Shown here in pieces: positions 1 to 13,009 of a stretch of DNA of 64,000 bases. Position numbers and translations under genes: made by a program. The stretch covers positions 2,418,001 to 2,482,000 of the forward strand of contig CM039002.1 in the NCBI GenBank assembly GCA_017499595.2. The letters are read 5' to 3'. Origin of the DNA: Psilocybe cubensis (taxonomy: Eukaryota). The first letter of the stretch is position 1; the number at the start of each line of letters is the position of its first letter. Under the pieces are notes generated by a model. The model did not search any database, was not told the origin of the DNA, and saw nothing but the letters and a program-made list of their open reading frames with translations.

Positions 1-513
1 TGAGGCCTTTGATAATTTGTAGGTTTATCTATCACTTACTCTCGTTTTATTCTCATTCATGACAGTCGCTACTCATCTGGTGTTTGTATTCGCTTTAATA
101 TTTCATGTAAGCCTGCTACATCAATATGAAAGCATCCGAGCCAGTGGAGAGAGCTTGTATAGACAACTCGACTTACATACATAATCATTTCTTGAGGTTG
201 AAGGTTTGCTCGAGTTTTAGATGACTTGCATCATGATTACGAGGACAAAATTGAGAAAAATGAGACTAATAACTCACTCATGTGTTCATCGAAAGCTCGT
301 TCAATATATCCAAGACCCAAATTTTCATTGGCTAAATTCCAGAATCGTCCGGTTGTCAACATCAGTTTAAACTTGACTTTTGGTTATACCAGTCCCGTCC
401 TGGTCAGTGGTGTGTTATTATAAAACTCCCGAATGCAAATTACAATGGGTTAGGGTTAGGAAAGGAACGATGCCGAAGCCGGAAAATGGAAAACGTTTTC
501 CAAAGCACTCATC

Positions 514-2649
514 ATGTTCCAGTCGCGCGCTGCTGCCCGCCGTGTACAAACCCTCAGATCCTGCAAGAGACCCTCTCTCTCACGCCCTGTCCTAGTGCGT
601 ATTTTTACGATGTCCGAAATAACCGAATGCTATTCTCATTTCATAGACAGAATAATAGAGAGATAACTACCTATCCTCGCAGATCATCCGCCGTCGCCAC
701 AGCGCACGCATCGGGGTCGTCCATTTACACCGACGACGCACAGCACCTCCACCCCGACGACCTCCACACTGACGATCTCCCCATCACCAGTCAGGACGCG
801 AATCAGGTCGCCGTCGGCTGGGACACACGCACCTGGTCTCGTTTGTGCGTCCCAATTGCCTCCCTTGAAGCATTAGCTAATTAGATCAGTCACAACATCT
901 GGCTACGCGACCACTGCCGCTGTCCAAAGTGCTTCCATCCCATCACTAAACAGCGTCTCTTCAACACCTTCGAGGCAGGTCTTCCTTTCCTAATTGAGAA
1001 TTTTGATTTAATTTCCGAACCCCACTCTCTCACACCATGCACCTACTTTACGTTTTAGATCCCGAAAGATCTGACACCGCTCCACGTCGACGCCAAACCC
1101 GGAGGGTTGCAAGTAACATGTACATCACACTCTCCCACTGTATTTCCAACATTTATTAAACCGTAAACGAACAGGGCCCTCGAAAGAACCACACGTCTCG
1201 GTCTACCCTTGGTCCTGGCTCCAGCTCAATTCCTACGATCCGCCATTGAACAGAAAACAAGAATCCAACGAGTCTGTTTGCCTTATTTTTAAATACGCGT
1301 TCTACTCACATTAAATTAACCAGAAAAATTCTATGGGGCTCCAAAATCCAGCAATCGCCACCAACAGTCGCGTACGAAGAAGTCATGAACGACAATAATC
1401 ACGGACTGTACAAATGGCTCACCAACGTCGTCAGTATCTTTACGCTTTCTTGTAGATGCAACTCACCTCCATTCACATATCGACACAGCACAAATTTGGA
1501 TTCTCTTTCGTGTCTGGGGTACCCGCCACTACCGAAGCTACTGAGGAACTCGCGCTGCGCATAGGATTCATCCGCGAGACACAGTGTACGTGTCCTTTCT
1601 CTCCGTCTCAATAATGAAACAAACCATGGCTAACTGAAACTTGAACCTTTGAATTTATATTTTCCATCAACAGATGGTAAATTTTGGGACTTTACATCCG
1701 ATCTGGCAAAGGGAGACACGGCGTATACGACGCTCGCGTTGGGTGCCCATACCGACAACACATACTTTGTACGTTGAACATTTTTGTTTCTATGTATAAC
1801 CACCGAACGTGCTTTAATCTGATGCTCTTTTTATTATTTACTCCTTCCTACGCACCTTAAATTTCAATATCACGCCCCATACCTTTTTCCTCACCCGCCC
1901 ACCTAAAGACGGACCCCTGCGGCCTTCAACTCTTCCACCTGCTCTCGCACACGCACGGAACGGGCGGGGCGACACTCCTCGTGGACGGGTTCTACGCCGC
2001 GTCGCTGATGCGCGAGCTGCATCCATCTGCGTACCGCTTGCTTTCGGAGGTGCCGGTGCCGGCGCACGCGGCGGGAGACGCTGGGAGCCTATATGCGACG
2101 GGGGAGGGATACCCTGTCTTGACGCACACGGGGCAGGGCGAGCTCGTGCAGGTTAGGTGGAATAATGACGATCGGAGTGTGATGCGTGGGTTGAGTGCGG
2201 ATGTTGTCGAGGAGTGGTCAGTGGTTACCCTGTTTCGTATACTCGACGCTCATCGGTTGATTGGTTAATTGCATAGGTATGAGGCGATTAGATTGTGGAA
2301 CAAGTGCCTTACGAGTCCGGACTCGGAGTATTGGGTGCAGCTGCAGCCCGGGACGGCGGTCGGTGCGTCTGTCTTCCTCCCCTAGTCTTGTCTGTAGACA
2401 TCACCTTACATATCCTAAATCAAACCCACAGTTGTTGATAACCACCGCGTGCTGCATGGGCGGTCGGCGTTCACGGGAAAACGCCGGATGTGCGGCGCCT
2501 ATATTGGCGTAGACGAGTATAAGTCCAAGTTGGCCGTGCTAAGAGAACAGTTTTCGAACTCTTCCACAGGACAGGGAGATGGATTAGAGGAACAGGGTGG
2601 TAAGAGTTCCGGAGAGAAGGAGAGGGATGTTTGGCACCCTTTGCTTTAA
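514..2649 (+). CDS. TMLH: Trimethyllysine dioxygenase (TauD/BBOX-type Fe(II)/2-oxoglutarate dioxygenase, first step of carnitine biosynthesis), multi-exon, with probable mitochondrial presequence
   Basis: Spliced exons read MFQSRAAARRVQTLRSCKRP (Arg-rich presequence), HNIWLRDHCRCPKCFHPITKQRL (N-terminal Zn site), KFGFSFVSGVP, DTAYTTLALGAHTDNTYFTDPCGLQLFH (HxD), VDGFYAA, QVRWNNDDRS and DNHRVLHGRSAFTGKRRMCGAY (distal His). Stop TAA at 2647-2649. Confidence 0.93.
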
Positions 2650-3726
2650 GCTCTGGGTTTGGGCGCCAAAGCTAGTTGCCTGGAAAGGTAGTGACTAAAA
2701 CTTTCGGAGGGATAGCTATTGTTAATTTGATTTATCCCCCAGTATGCACATTTCAGTGCATTACGCTCTATGACTGGATCCACATTCTAGAAGCGCTATT
2801 ACCTCTGGATTTATTTCTTCGTCACACACCTTGCTTTAATCTTCTACTCACCTCCAAATTTACCAGCTCCAAACAACAAGCTACAAATTACCAGCCAAAT
2901 TATAAAAGCTTTAGGCTTTCTTACTCTACACCAGCGCTATAATTGACACTATCTCGGACGATGGGACAATCAAGGACCGCTATGAGAAAAGGGACAATGC
3001 GGACACCCTTGCTTTGTGTAGCTGCTTATCTACAATTACGATTGACGACCTCTTTTATGAACTCTTTTCAATGATTATGTACATGGTTTACCTTTTTTTA
3101 TCATGATCTTTTTATCTTTCAAGGTAAAGTTGAGCTCGTATATGGCTCCACTCTGATATACATGCGTACCCAGACTCACTTGCCACTGATTAGGGCAAAG
3201 TAAAAAAGCAAATTTGTATACCAAACTAGCATAGCTCTGACACTTGAATTTTTAGGGATATCAATGATATTGACGATGCGTATACATTATGAATATTGTT
3301 CAATTGGCCCGATACTGATGGTACAAATTTCAAACTCAGTATTCCCTAGTATACCCCACTAACACCTTTAGCCACCCACAATTTTGAATTCCACTGTTCC
3401 TAAGATAGTAGATTCATGGTATTCCTCTCCATCTCATTGAAGAGGCCTTAATTCAAATGCGTTTAAGTCAATTTTAAGTTTGCGCAATCGAAACCAATTA
3501 AATCTGAATTAAAAAGTGTCGAAAGTGGAGGGTATGTAATTTACTTGGGGAGAATCGTAAGTGAGGCTTGAAACTACAAGTTTGACCCAAATGTCACCAC
3601 GATCACGTGCAATGGTTTATTAAGCAAATTGTCCAATCAAACTCAAAGTCGCCCAAAGCTTGTCCAAACAGAAAGTGTGGGGCTTGCATAATGCTTTGAA
3701 GTTAGCTCTCTGTAATCCTAACAACC

Positions 3727-5051
3727 ATGGTTCTTTCTCTACCCTTCGAGCTAATCGAAGCAATAATTGACGCCGTTGCCGATACAGACGATCATAAAAC
3801 ACTCAGTACTTGCTCACTGACTTGCCCGCTCTTTGTGACACTGTGCCAAAAACACATCTTCCACACAATTCGCCTCGAAGACACACCCATTCCTCATGTC
3901 TTGGCTAGAAGGATTTCTCGTCTTGAGGAAATCAGCAGAACCTCACCTTGGATTGCAGACTATATCCAGCACGTACAGTGTGTCTCGCGAACACTCACAC
4001 GTGAAGATTCTTCCACTCGCCACTGGCCATCAACTGAATCTGCGGCATTGCCAACAATTGCACTCTTTGGCCGCCTTACGAAGGTGCACACTGTATTGAT
4101 CGAAAATATTGGTGTATTTACGGAAGAAAAATGGGACTTTCCGGATGTACAAGCAGCCCTCTGTCGTCTCATTTACCTTCCCACCATTGAGTGGCTGTTG
4201 TTGAAATTTGTCGACAATTTCTCACCAGTAAACGTTATTCAATGCGTCAACCTTAAACATCTGTCTCTGAGGATGGTTTCCTTTAGAAAATCGGCGGTGC
4301 ATACACAAGATTTCTCATCTCCACAGACGACACACTTGGACACACTGTCACTAGATCACCAAAGTGCAACTGCTTTGCTACAGATGATGAAGGACTTTAC
4401 ACGAAGTATCGGAGATACTCCGATCATTGACTTTCGGAAGATAAAGACGACCACTCTCTTGCTAGACCGATTCATGTTTAACGAACTTGGCTTTGTCGAA
4501 CTTCTTCAGCAGCTTGAATGGATGGAAACCCTGCGAGTTTACATCAGTCCAAGTATGAGTAATTATTACCTCCCAGGTCCAATGCTGTTTCTCACTTTTT
4601 TCTTCTTTCCGAAATAGACTCATTTAATCTGCCTCTACATACCATCCCGGCCCTTTTCAGTAGATTGAGGATTCTCAATGTGGAAACATATCTATCCGTT
4701 CATGTCGATATGTCCCCCTTCTACACAAGTCTTATACACATTATTCAACAGCGACCTTCCGGCCTCGAAATTCTGAATCTTGGTCTCAATGTGGTCCTAA
4801 CGCACTTTAATTTTGACGAGCAACATTGGTGCTTGCTTGAAAACACCCTCCTAAACCCCTGTTTCTCGTCCCTATCGCTAATTCGAGTCGATATCAATGT
4901 ACAGCTTCAGGACTATCTCAATCATAACCGACCAGCATCGGTACAGGAGCTCAAGAGACTTCCAGAAACATATTTGAAGCGAGTCGCCTCAAGTGGCAGC
5001 TTCGAATTTAAATTCTATTTCGTTAATAGACTTGTTCCTTTATTTATATAG
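3727..5051 (+). CDS. F-box-like / LRR-like protein of an expanded agaric family, 2 exons
   Basis: N-terminus LPFELIEAIIDAV...TLSTCSLTC..FVTLCQKHIFHTIRL. An intron at about 4553-4617 (GTATGA..AAATAG) joins ORF 3727 in frame to ORF 4665. Confidence 0.75.
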
Positions 5052-5524
5052 AGTGAACTTCAGCATTGCGTTGAAGTGGAGGGTCAGCGTTCAACCGTTG
5101 GATTATGGAACTTACAAAGAATGACATAAATTCTGTCATATACGCTTTGCGACAGAATTCGGGAACCTAGTAATTTTCACAGAAAAAGACAATATATCAC
5201 CTTCATCGGCTGCGAGATGCAGATATAGAAACAGAGTCAAGCTTCAGGAGTCATATTCAAGGAGGTAGATTCCGTTCTTGCAAAAGATGATGTATACATG
5301 GCCGTTGGTTAGTCCAAATTTTCTTGTATCGACAAGTGGAAGCAACATATGAGATTTGTGAAATCAAGGTTCGTCGCACCAGCTTCAAGCTAAGCTTGGT
5401 CGGGATTCTTAGGAGACTGGGCGATATGTAATGGTATATGAGTAGTTTGGTTGTTGATACAAGTCCAGTCTGTATGCAAGGCATCTACAGCAAATGTAAA
5501 AGTTCATTAAATAGCTACAATCAG

Positions 5525-6869
5525 TTATATAGTACGCCGAGACGAAATACGGGCAGCAAAGATCATGATAGCGAGCGCCCAATGCTCAAATTGCTCTTTT
5601 GACATGAAAAGAAGGGCTTGTGACAGAACAGCCTTTGTGATTTGGGCTTCCATTCCCTGTGAAATCGATGAGATTAAGAATTGTGCCTATCATTGTGGAA
5701 AAACTCATACCTGGTACCAGCCAGTGAACCCTTCGCGTTTCCAAACGCGAGCGAGGATATCCAGTGCGCCGACGTGTTTACCGTTTTTGTGATGGTATTT
5801 GTGGGCTGGAGGGGGTTTCTCATTGTGTTCCAATGCATCTTCGATGTCGGCACTGCGGGCTTGGATGCGCACTTTAGCCATGATGTAGGGATATGTCACC
5901 TAGTAACGCAACGGGAGTTCAGTTCAGGCAGAAACAAAACAGTGAAGAAAATAAATCTTACAATTGTGGCAAGCGTCTTGCTCAGGGCACCGATCACGAA
6001 GGTTAACCAAGGGCCGAGCTTCGTCGAGGTATTGCCTTTAGCCAGGAGAACTAGACTTTTCACGCGTTCGAAAGCACCGTAGGTGATGGCAGGGTTGACG
6101 GTCAGCACCAATCCAGGTTTGATGCCGAGCCACAATCCAGTAACACCCTCCTCTTCAACAATCTCTCGAGCCACTCCCATGAAGGAATCATCCACTTTCT
6201 CATCAGAAGAGGCCTTTTTGGAGCCTTCCGGTCGTCCCACTTGTTGGCGGGTTGCAATCACGGACACTGGGATAGTGAAGATTTGTGCTAGTGCGCCAGC
6301 GAGAGCTCCCAGAAGCAATTCCGCCGCAGTTGACAAAGGAGGTAGTTTCGAACCAGGAGGGAGTTTACTTGTTAGTCTTTTGATGTAAGACGACCTGACA
6401 AGGGAATAAAAGAAGAAATATGCGTATTCTGGTGGAAGTGGTCGGCTGAGTTGACTTAGTCGCACTTGGAAGGTTTGAAACACATACGCATCGAAAACGT
6501 GTTCAGCATGGTTGCCCCAAATCCTCGGTATAATCCTGCAATCCCCTCCTGCTTGTAGACCCGCAATAGCACAGACGTCATCGAGAGATCCTTGCCCTTG
6601 CCCTTGGAATCTGCCGGCAAAGCCTGGATACGTGTTTTAGCCCTACAATACAGGTTCAGTACATGCATAATTAGGCCTCAAGCTAGGTCATTGTTGGCCC
6701 ACATACACATCTAGAGGATACACGACCCTGGAGAACGTCTTGTAAGTGCAAATGCTTATCACACATAGATAGATTTAGCTTACGCAGTGCTGAAACAGCC
6801 ACCGAGAGCACCAGCAAGAGCTGCGCCAAAAGGTGTGAGCTGTTGAACAGGTTTTGACTGAGCAGGCAT
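5525..6869 (-). CDS. ANT1: Peroxisomal adenine nucleotide transporter (SLC25 mitochondrial-carrier family, Ant1/PMP34-like), multi-exon
   Basis: Reads MPAQSKPVQQLTPFGAALAGALGG. Three carrier signatures are present: YPLDVAKTRIQ, IPVSVIATRQQ and YPYIMAKVRIQ. Other motifs: GLWLGIKPGLVLTVNPAITYG and GMEAQITKAVLSQALLFMSKE. Confidence 0.9.
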
Positions 6870-7049
6870 TGGAGGGGATGTCAACGGTTATGGCGGCTGC
6901 AGAAAAGCGGTTATAGAGGAAATCATCTTTAAGACGAGAAAGCCGGGTTGCGGGGATGACTTGGCCGGAGCTTTTTCTGTGCCCGCGCCCGGTACACGTG
7001 AAATTTATGGCCTCCGTCGGCGTCGTTTATCGTCTACTCATCCACCACG
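6870..7049. promoter_or_regulatory. Compact bidirectional promoter region between ANT1 and the methyltransferase
   Basis: Only about 180 bp separate the divergent ATGs (6869 on minus, 7050/7056 on plus). The spacer has a GC-rich core and a CACGTG at 6995-7000. Confidence 0.6.
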
Positions 7050-8203
7050 ATGGTCATGCCCCCTTCAAATCCAAATTTCCCCAAAAACTTGCAAATTCAT
7101 CCATCTAACCCCCGTTCGTCCCGATATACCAATGCAAACCAAGACTTGGACGAGGAAAAGTTTGGACCCGAGGCACAGGAGCTTGCCATTCGCAAATACG
7201 GAATAGCGGGCAGAGTCTGGTAAATTTCGACACGGCATCACCATGAACATTTTCTTGAATACCGTTTTTCGGTGTTGTCTGCAGGGAGGCAGCATATGCA
7301 ATGACTTTGTACATACAACCTCCTGGAAACCTCGCGTTCGATCCACCTATGATTGACGCGTCCAGGCATGCGGACAGAGTTGTGATAATTGAACTTGGCT
7401 CTGGAGCCGGCTTGGTTGCGTTCTCTATTGCAAAGATACTGAAACCAGGACGTGATCATCTCATCGTCACTGATCTTCCCGAGGTACGCTACATTTGGCA
7501 TCCCGATGTGCACTACAGAGACTGACACTTTGCAAGAGGTTTGTCCATTGCTTGAAGATAATTTGCGATCTATCAAAGAAGAGGTCGAGGCAACCATCCC
7601 CGAAAAAGACGCAGTTATTATCAGACCTTTATCATGGGGAAACCAGGATGATGCTGCATTCATTGCATCTCAGTTCTTTGGGCAGCCAAACAATGATGGC
7701 CGTTTTGGCGCGTTGACCCATATCATTTGCAGCGACCTCGTAAGGCATACGGTTCAACTCACAGAATCGTCCTAATTTTCTTTCCCATCCAGGTTTATTT
7801 TCCCGAATTATTGGCCCCTCTTTTGCGTTCACTACTACATCTTACATCACCTCCATTTTGTCATCCATCGAAGACTGGATCTGGCTACTGCGGGCCATCG
7901 ATATTGATATCTTACAAAATTCGAAGTCTGTCCAAGGAGACAGCATTTTGGTCTGCGTTTGGACTTTGGTTCGAATTTTATCCCGTGCTGGTGAAAGACA
8001 ACGACGAGGGCGATTGGCAGCGATTCGGTGCCAATTTCGATGATACGACGTTTTTATTTACCGCCCATCGCCGGCCAGAATCTTGGAGTTGGGTCGTTCC
8101 TACCACAGACTCCGATCTACTCGCGGGTGTTGGATCGAAGGGCACTGATACCAAAAAGTATGACGACACCTTCGAGAACCTACTATTGATGGGCGTTGAA
8201 TAG
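7050..8203 (+). CDS. Seven-beta-strand SAM-dependent methyltransferase, Methyltransf_16 (lysine methyltransferase-like) family, 4 exons
   Basis: Spliced motifs: YGIAGRVWEAA, VIIELGSGAG (motif I), IVTDLPEVCPLLEDNL, RPLSWG and IICSDLVYFPELLAPLLRSL. Confidence 0.88.
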
Positions 8204-8334
8204 AAATGCAGAATCAATGACAATACAGGTAAGTGGCATATGAAATGCGGGATAAATCCTAATTTCTGACACAAAGTTGTCAAAGATACATTTACAAACA
8301 CTGTACACTACACAATCTTGATATCTTGACGAAA

Positions 8335-10178
8335 TTATCGATGATGATGGCCTAAAAACCTCTGGTTTCCGTTTTCCAACAATCCCAGAGACTTGTTGTA
8401 GTCGACGTTCTGTGGCTTCTCGTATCCAGGCGGTGCGTATGAGTGTGCATTTAAGCCCAGGATTTGTCTAGTCGCTATTGTGACTGTTTCTTTCAGCAAC
8501 ACAGTACCTGGGACTGTTTCATTCATAACGAAGCCGGATGCGGAAAATGGCAAAAGGTCGAGTGAATACTGTAACGGGAAGAAACATTGTCAGCGAATGA
8601 CTTCACACTATTAATTTTTAACTCTCTGCCTACCCGGATGGTGACCTTCGGAAATTTGAAACTTGGCTTGAGGGTTTTCACAACTTCCAGCTCTCCTTGT
8701 AAAACCTTTCGGTTGGGCTCATCCGCCCCCTCTCGTGACGGCCAGAAGTATGCGCCTCCGCAATCTTCTACAAAGTGATTATCCGTGCGTCGTATGCCGT
8801 TATCATCTATCGCATCCGAGCCAGTAGCCATTCCTCTGCGCAATCGCAACTGAATAGCATTCTGATTGGCAAGCAGATCCAGGGCTTGTGGATTGTCTCC
8901 GCTGAATGTAATCAATAATGGAATCGGCGATCCAAGAGCATAGGAAAGCTGTATGACTACATCAACGTTATGGCTTACTTACACGATGAAACAACCCTAC
9001 CGGTTTTGCTATGGCCAACTATGAAAAAAAAAATATCAATTGCACTCTGCACCGAATTCCAAAAAAAAAGAAAGATACACACGTACCGTGCAATCCACTT
9101 CGACCTCCTTCGTGTTGAACAATGTCCCCTTGATCTTCAGTGTAGGCAAGACTCTCCAACCCTCCGGATCACCCTCTGGCCCAATCAAGGGACTTCCTTC
9201 CGAATAGGCAATGCGCCTCAGTGGCGAGGGCTGCTCAGGCACAGTAACTGGCTGGTATCCAAAGCTAGTAACAAGCCTATCTCGCCAAATAAGTCAATTG
9301 TGGCCCCTCATGTCAAAGTGTGGCGTCGTGGCCCCTAACAAGCCAAGGCCATGCCGACGATAAACAAACATACTCACGTCTGGTTAACCTTCAGAAACCC
9401 GCGTTTGACGGTGACTATCAGCTTGTAGTCGATGTATGCTGGACTTGCGCGCTCGGTGTAATGCGGCGGGATACGGAACGTGCCTGCGTCCTTGATCGTC
9501 ACCTCCTTCGGTAGCACGAACTTGAAAGGCCAGGACTGCTTCCCAGGTTTGAGCTTGGAGCCTGTCCAGAGACTCTTCTCTTCTTTGAGAAAGATCTCCT
9601 CTTCTTGCCCCACGAAGGTCGTACCGCCCTGAATCTAGAAGCACACATGACGAAATACAAAAGAAAAGAAAAGGGGTATTAATAAGTCTATTTCCCCGGA
9701 AATTCTGTCGCCAATCGATCTATAAACTGTAACTCTAATAAAATGAAGAAGGCAGGCAAAAATAATATGCACCGCAGGCATAATTAAACAATTGAATCGT
9801 CGGCACAGGACGATAACGATATTCGGGGGTCAGGGAAGTGCAGATAAGAGAGACCGTACTCACAGTGATAGAGATTCCCTTGCTGCTCTCTGCCTTGTCG
9901 ATATCGAGCTCGACCCGACCAGAGATTATGTCTCCCTCGAAGAACACGGGGAGCGAGGTTGGATTAGTTGCGCGGCTCTTGACGAACATCGACAGCCATT
10001 TCTTGCCCTTCGCCGTCTCGAGATACTTGTGGTGCTCCTTCCCCAAGCCCAAGCCGCTATTACTCGGGCCTGCACCCTCATCTTGCTTCTTCTGCTCGTT
10101 CTGCGCAGTGGTGTAGCTGGGGAGCTCGTGCTCAGGTGCGGGAGTGCTTTCTAGACCTCCTTTCTGTGCCTTTTCCAT
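8335..10178 (-). CDS. Arrestin-like protein (arrestin N-domain fold with PY motifs), copy 1 of 4
   Basis: Motifs: LPVFFEGDIISGRVELD, WPFKFVLPKEV, IPPHYTERASPAYIDYKLIVTVKRG and GPEGDPEGW. LPSY lies near the N-terminus and APPGY near the C-terminus. Multi-exon. Confidence 0.8.
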
Positions 10179-11485
10179 ACGGGATGCCGTGGATGCGCTT
10201 GAAGGTTTGAGATGCCTATTGCCTAATAAAATCAAAGGGAAGGAGATATGGAGATAACGTTATGCTGTAGTGGGTCACTGGATGGCCTCAGAGTCGTCGC
10301 GGATAGCTGGTATACTCGTATGTACGTACTCCCTGGAATCGGGGTGGAAGGTAAAGATCAGACAGGCCGCTCGCTCGCTCGCTTGGGAGCTTCAAGCTTC
10401 AGTCCCTCAGGCTGTCAAGCCCTCGTGAGTGATCCCGTACAGACTCTTTATTGTTCGCAGCCAGCCAAGTCGTCTAATTCTGTACCTGATTCTTCACAGT
10501 TCCGGGAGAGAGCCCCAATGTTAGATCCCAAGCGTCAATTCCCAAGAGCTCGATAGCCTGGGAGAAATGGTCCATATCCATGCAGCATTATGTGGTAAAA
10601 GATCTGATCCAAATGATTATCTTCAATTATGTATATACTGGAGAGTTGGAACGACATAGCTTCCATATTGTAGATGAGTCTGCATGACCTTTTGATCATG
10701 AGGCAGGGGGAGAGATGAGGTGGCTTACGGTGGCAGAACAATAAAGCTAAAAGCCCATGGGGAAAGAGGGATCTCCGAGAGAGATGCGTTGAATTCTAAT
10801 TATTGTATTGTCTACGATATAGATGGTGTAATTGTACGGCGATACCATTCGCCGTACATGAGGGTATAGCTGCTTGGGTATATACGTAAAAGTGTGCGGT
10901 GAACAAACAAAAATGATGGTGTTGTATATGGTACAGAATGACCAGTCTAACAAGACTGTGGCAAAGGAAAGGAAAGGAGTTGCAAGTGAATGGGCCAATA
11001 GTTATGCTACACAGTACGCTTTTTGAGTAAAGCAGACAAAGAACAAAATGGAAAGGAAACCGTGCAGCATATGAACTGGCATATGCACGGGCGTGTACGT
11101 ATGTCTTCGATACACACATACACATGAAGGAACGACCAAAGATGCAAAGAGAGAAGATGATAGCGACAGCGATAGCAAAGAGGCGTTATAATAAATACAG
11201 CGCGGGGCGTGGAACTATCGAGCGAGCGTGGGGGGCGTAAGACCTGAGGCGTGAAACGAATCCAGTCGTTAGTTGTACCGTTGATATCGTAAAGCTGGGG
11301 CATGGTATGATCATCCTGGAAGTCGTGTAGTACATGATCGTTGGGCAGGTGCGGAAAAGTATAAATGATGAGTGAGCGCGGGAGTTCGGGTGAATAGATA
11401 TATAGATAGATGTCGGGGGTTTGGATGTGTGATGTGTGTGCTTGATGGAGCCGTGTCGAAAGATGTTACAGGTGGAAAGAACGAA

Positions 11486-13009
11486 TTAATAATAAGGGTT
11501 TTCATGCGTGGCGTCTTCGGTGCGTCGTGTGGGTGGGTCGTAGGCAGGGGGGGAGTAAGCGTTGGTGCGGGGACCTTTTGCATGCATAGTGGCAATCTCA
11601 ATCGGTTCCGAAAGCAAAGCTGCAGATTCGCAAGAGAATCCAACAGCGGCAAATGGAGAAAGGACAACCGAGTAGGATATACTGAAGTGACCCATCTCAG
11701 AAGTTGGACGCAAGTCCTTCGCCAGTCGAATTTCGCCTTCGAGGTAGCGAACCGCTGACGTACTGCGTGAGTCTGTCGAGGGCCACCATACTGCTGTCCC
11801 CATATCCTCCACTGACTCGTTCCATGCAACGTCCCTCCGTGATGACGATGTCTTGTTGTAGAACCTGACACGACGTCTCAAGGTGAGAACGACCGAAGTG
11901 GGTGCCGCGAGCATGTCGAGAACCCTGGGCTCTGCGTTCTCCAAGGTCAGGAAGCAAGGAATCACGGTTCCCCTGGCATAACACAAAGGCTTAGCCAGTG
12001 ATAGCTAGACAAATGACAAAAGATAGAGATTCGTGAATAACATTTCAAGTTTAATCAAAATGATGTCTTACCGTGCATTTGGCGTCAACCCGCAGGGAGC
12101 CAAATAGAGTACCTCGAACAGATACAGGTCGAAGATTTTTCCATCCCTCTGGGTCGGATAATGGCCCAGGAAGAGGCAAGAACTGCTGGTATGCGTACTG
12201 CCTCAGTATCGATGGAGGCTCTGGTCTGCTACTAGGTACATAACCAAACGCAGTTTTGATCCTACAAAACGCGAAATCAGCGATCTATCCAACGTTACGA
12301 CGTGACTGAGATCCTCACTTGTGATCTGCTCGAAGCTTTCCCCGCGACACGACGACGGTGAGGTCGTACTGGACGCTGACCCGTGTTTGGCGCTCCAAGA
12401 AGGTTTCGGGTAATCGGAATGACTTCAGATCTCCCGATCCACTTGGTACTGTAACCGTCCGCGCGAGGGGTATCGACAGCGGCCAAACACAGTGTCCTAG
12501 TAGCTTGTTGCTCGAAGCACCCTCGGAGGGCGACGGCACTCGCGGGGTGTCGGGAGATTTCGACCAGATGGGCTGTGTCTGGCTCAGAAAGACGAAGCAA
12601 TCGTCTACGCCAGACCCGGTGATGATACGACCCGTCACCTGCGCCAACGATGAGGTCTTTCAGGGAGCCAGACGAGCCAGCCAGCACGTACCGTAGCCGT
12701 GATCGCCTGGATAGAGTCACCCCTCTCCGCATGGAGTTCCAGCATACCCGTGATATTTTCCTTCTCAAAAAACGTCGGCAGCGACTTTGCTGATTTTGCG
12801 CTGCTGTACACCTTTAGTGTGATCCATGGCCGTGCCTTTCCGTCTGCAAGCTCAAAGACATGCTCTGTTGGATCGCGGTGGTGAAGATTAATCGGTTGAG
12901 TAAGGGTATTACGACGGGTATACGATGGGGGGAGCTCTGTGCCAGAAATTGGTGCCGGACCAGGTCTGGAGGAGAATCTCCTGTAGCGGGGCGGGGACAA
13001 CACGTCCAT
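11486..13009 (-). CDS. Arrestin-like protein, copy 2 of 4
   Basis: Motifs: LPTFFEKENITGMLEL, WPLSIPL, LPETFLER..VQYDLTVVVSRGKLR, DPEGW and YARGTVIPCFLTLE. PPRY and PPSY are N-terminal, PPAY is C-terminal. Confidence 0.8.

Noticed and set aside
447..460. GGGTTAGGGTTAGG telomere-like sequence (a similar one lies near 36567)
   Set aside because: Only about two units, too short to call an interstitial telomere.
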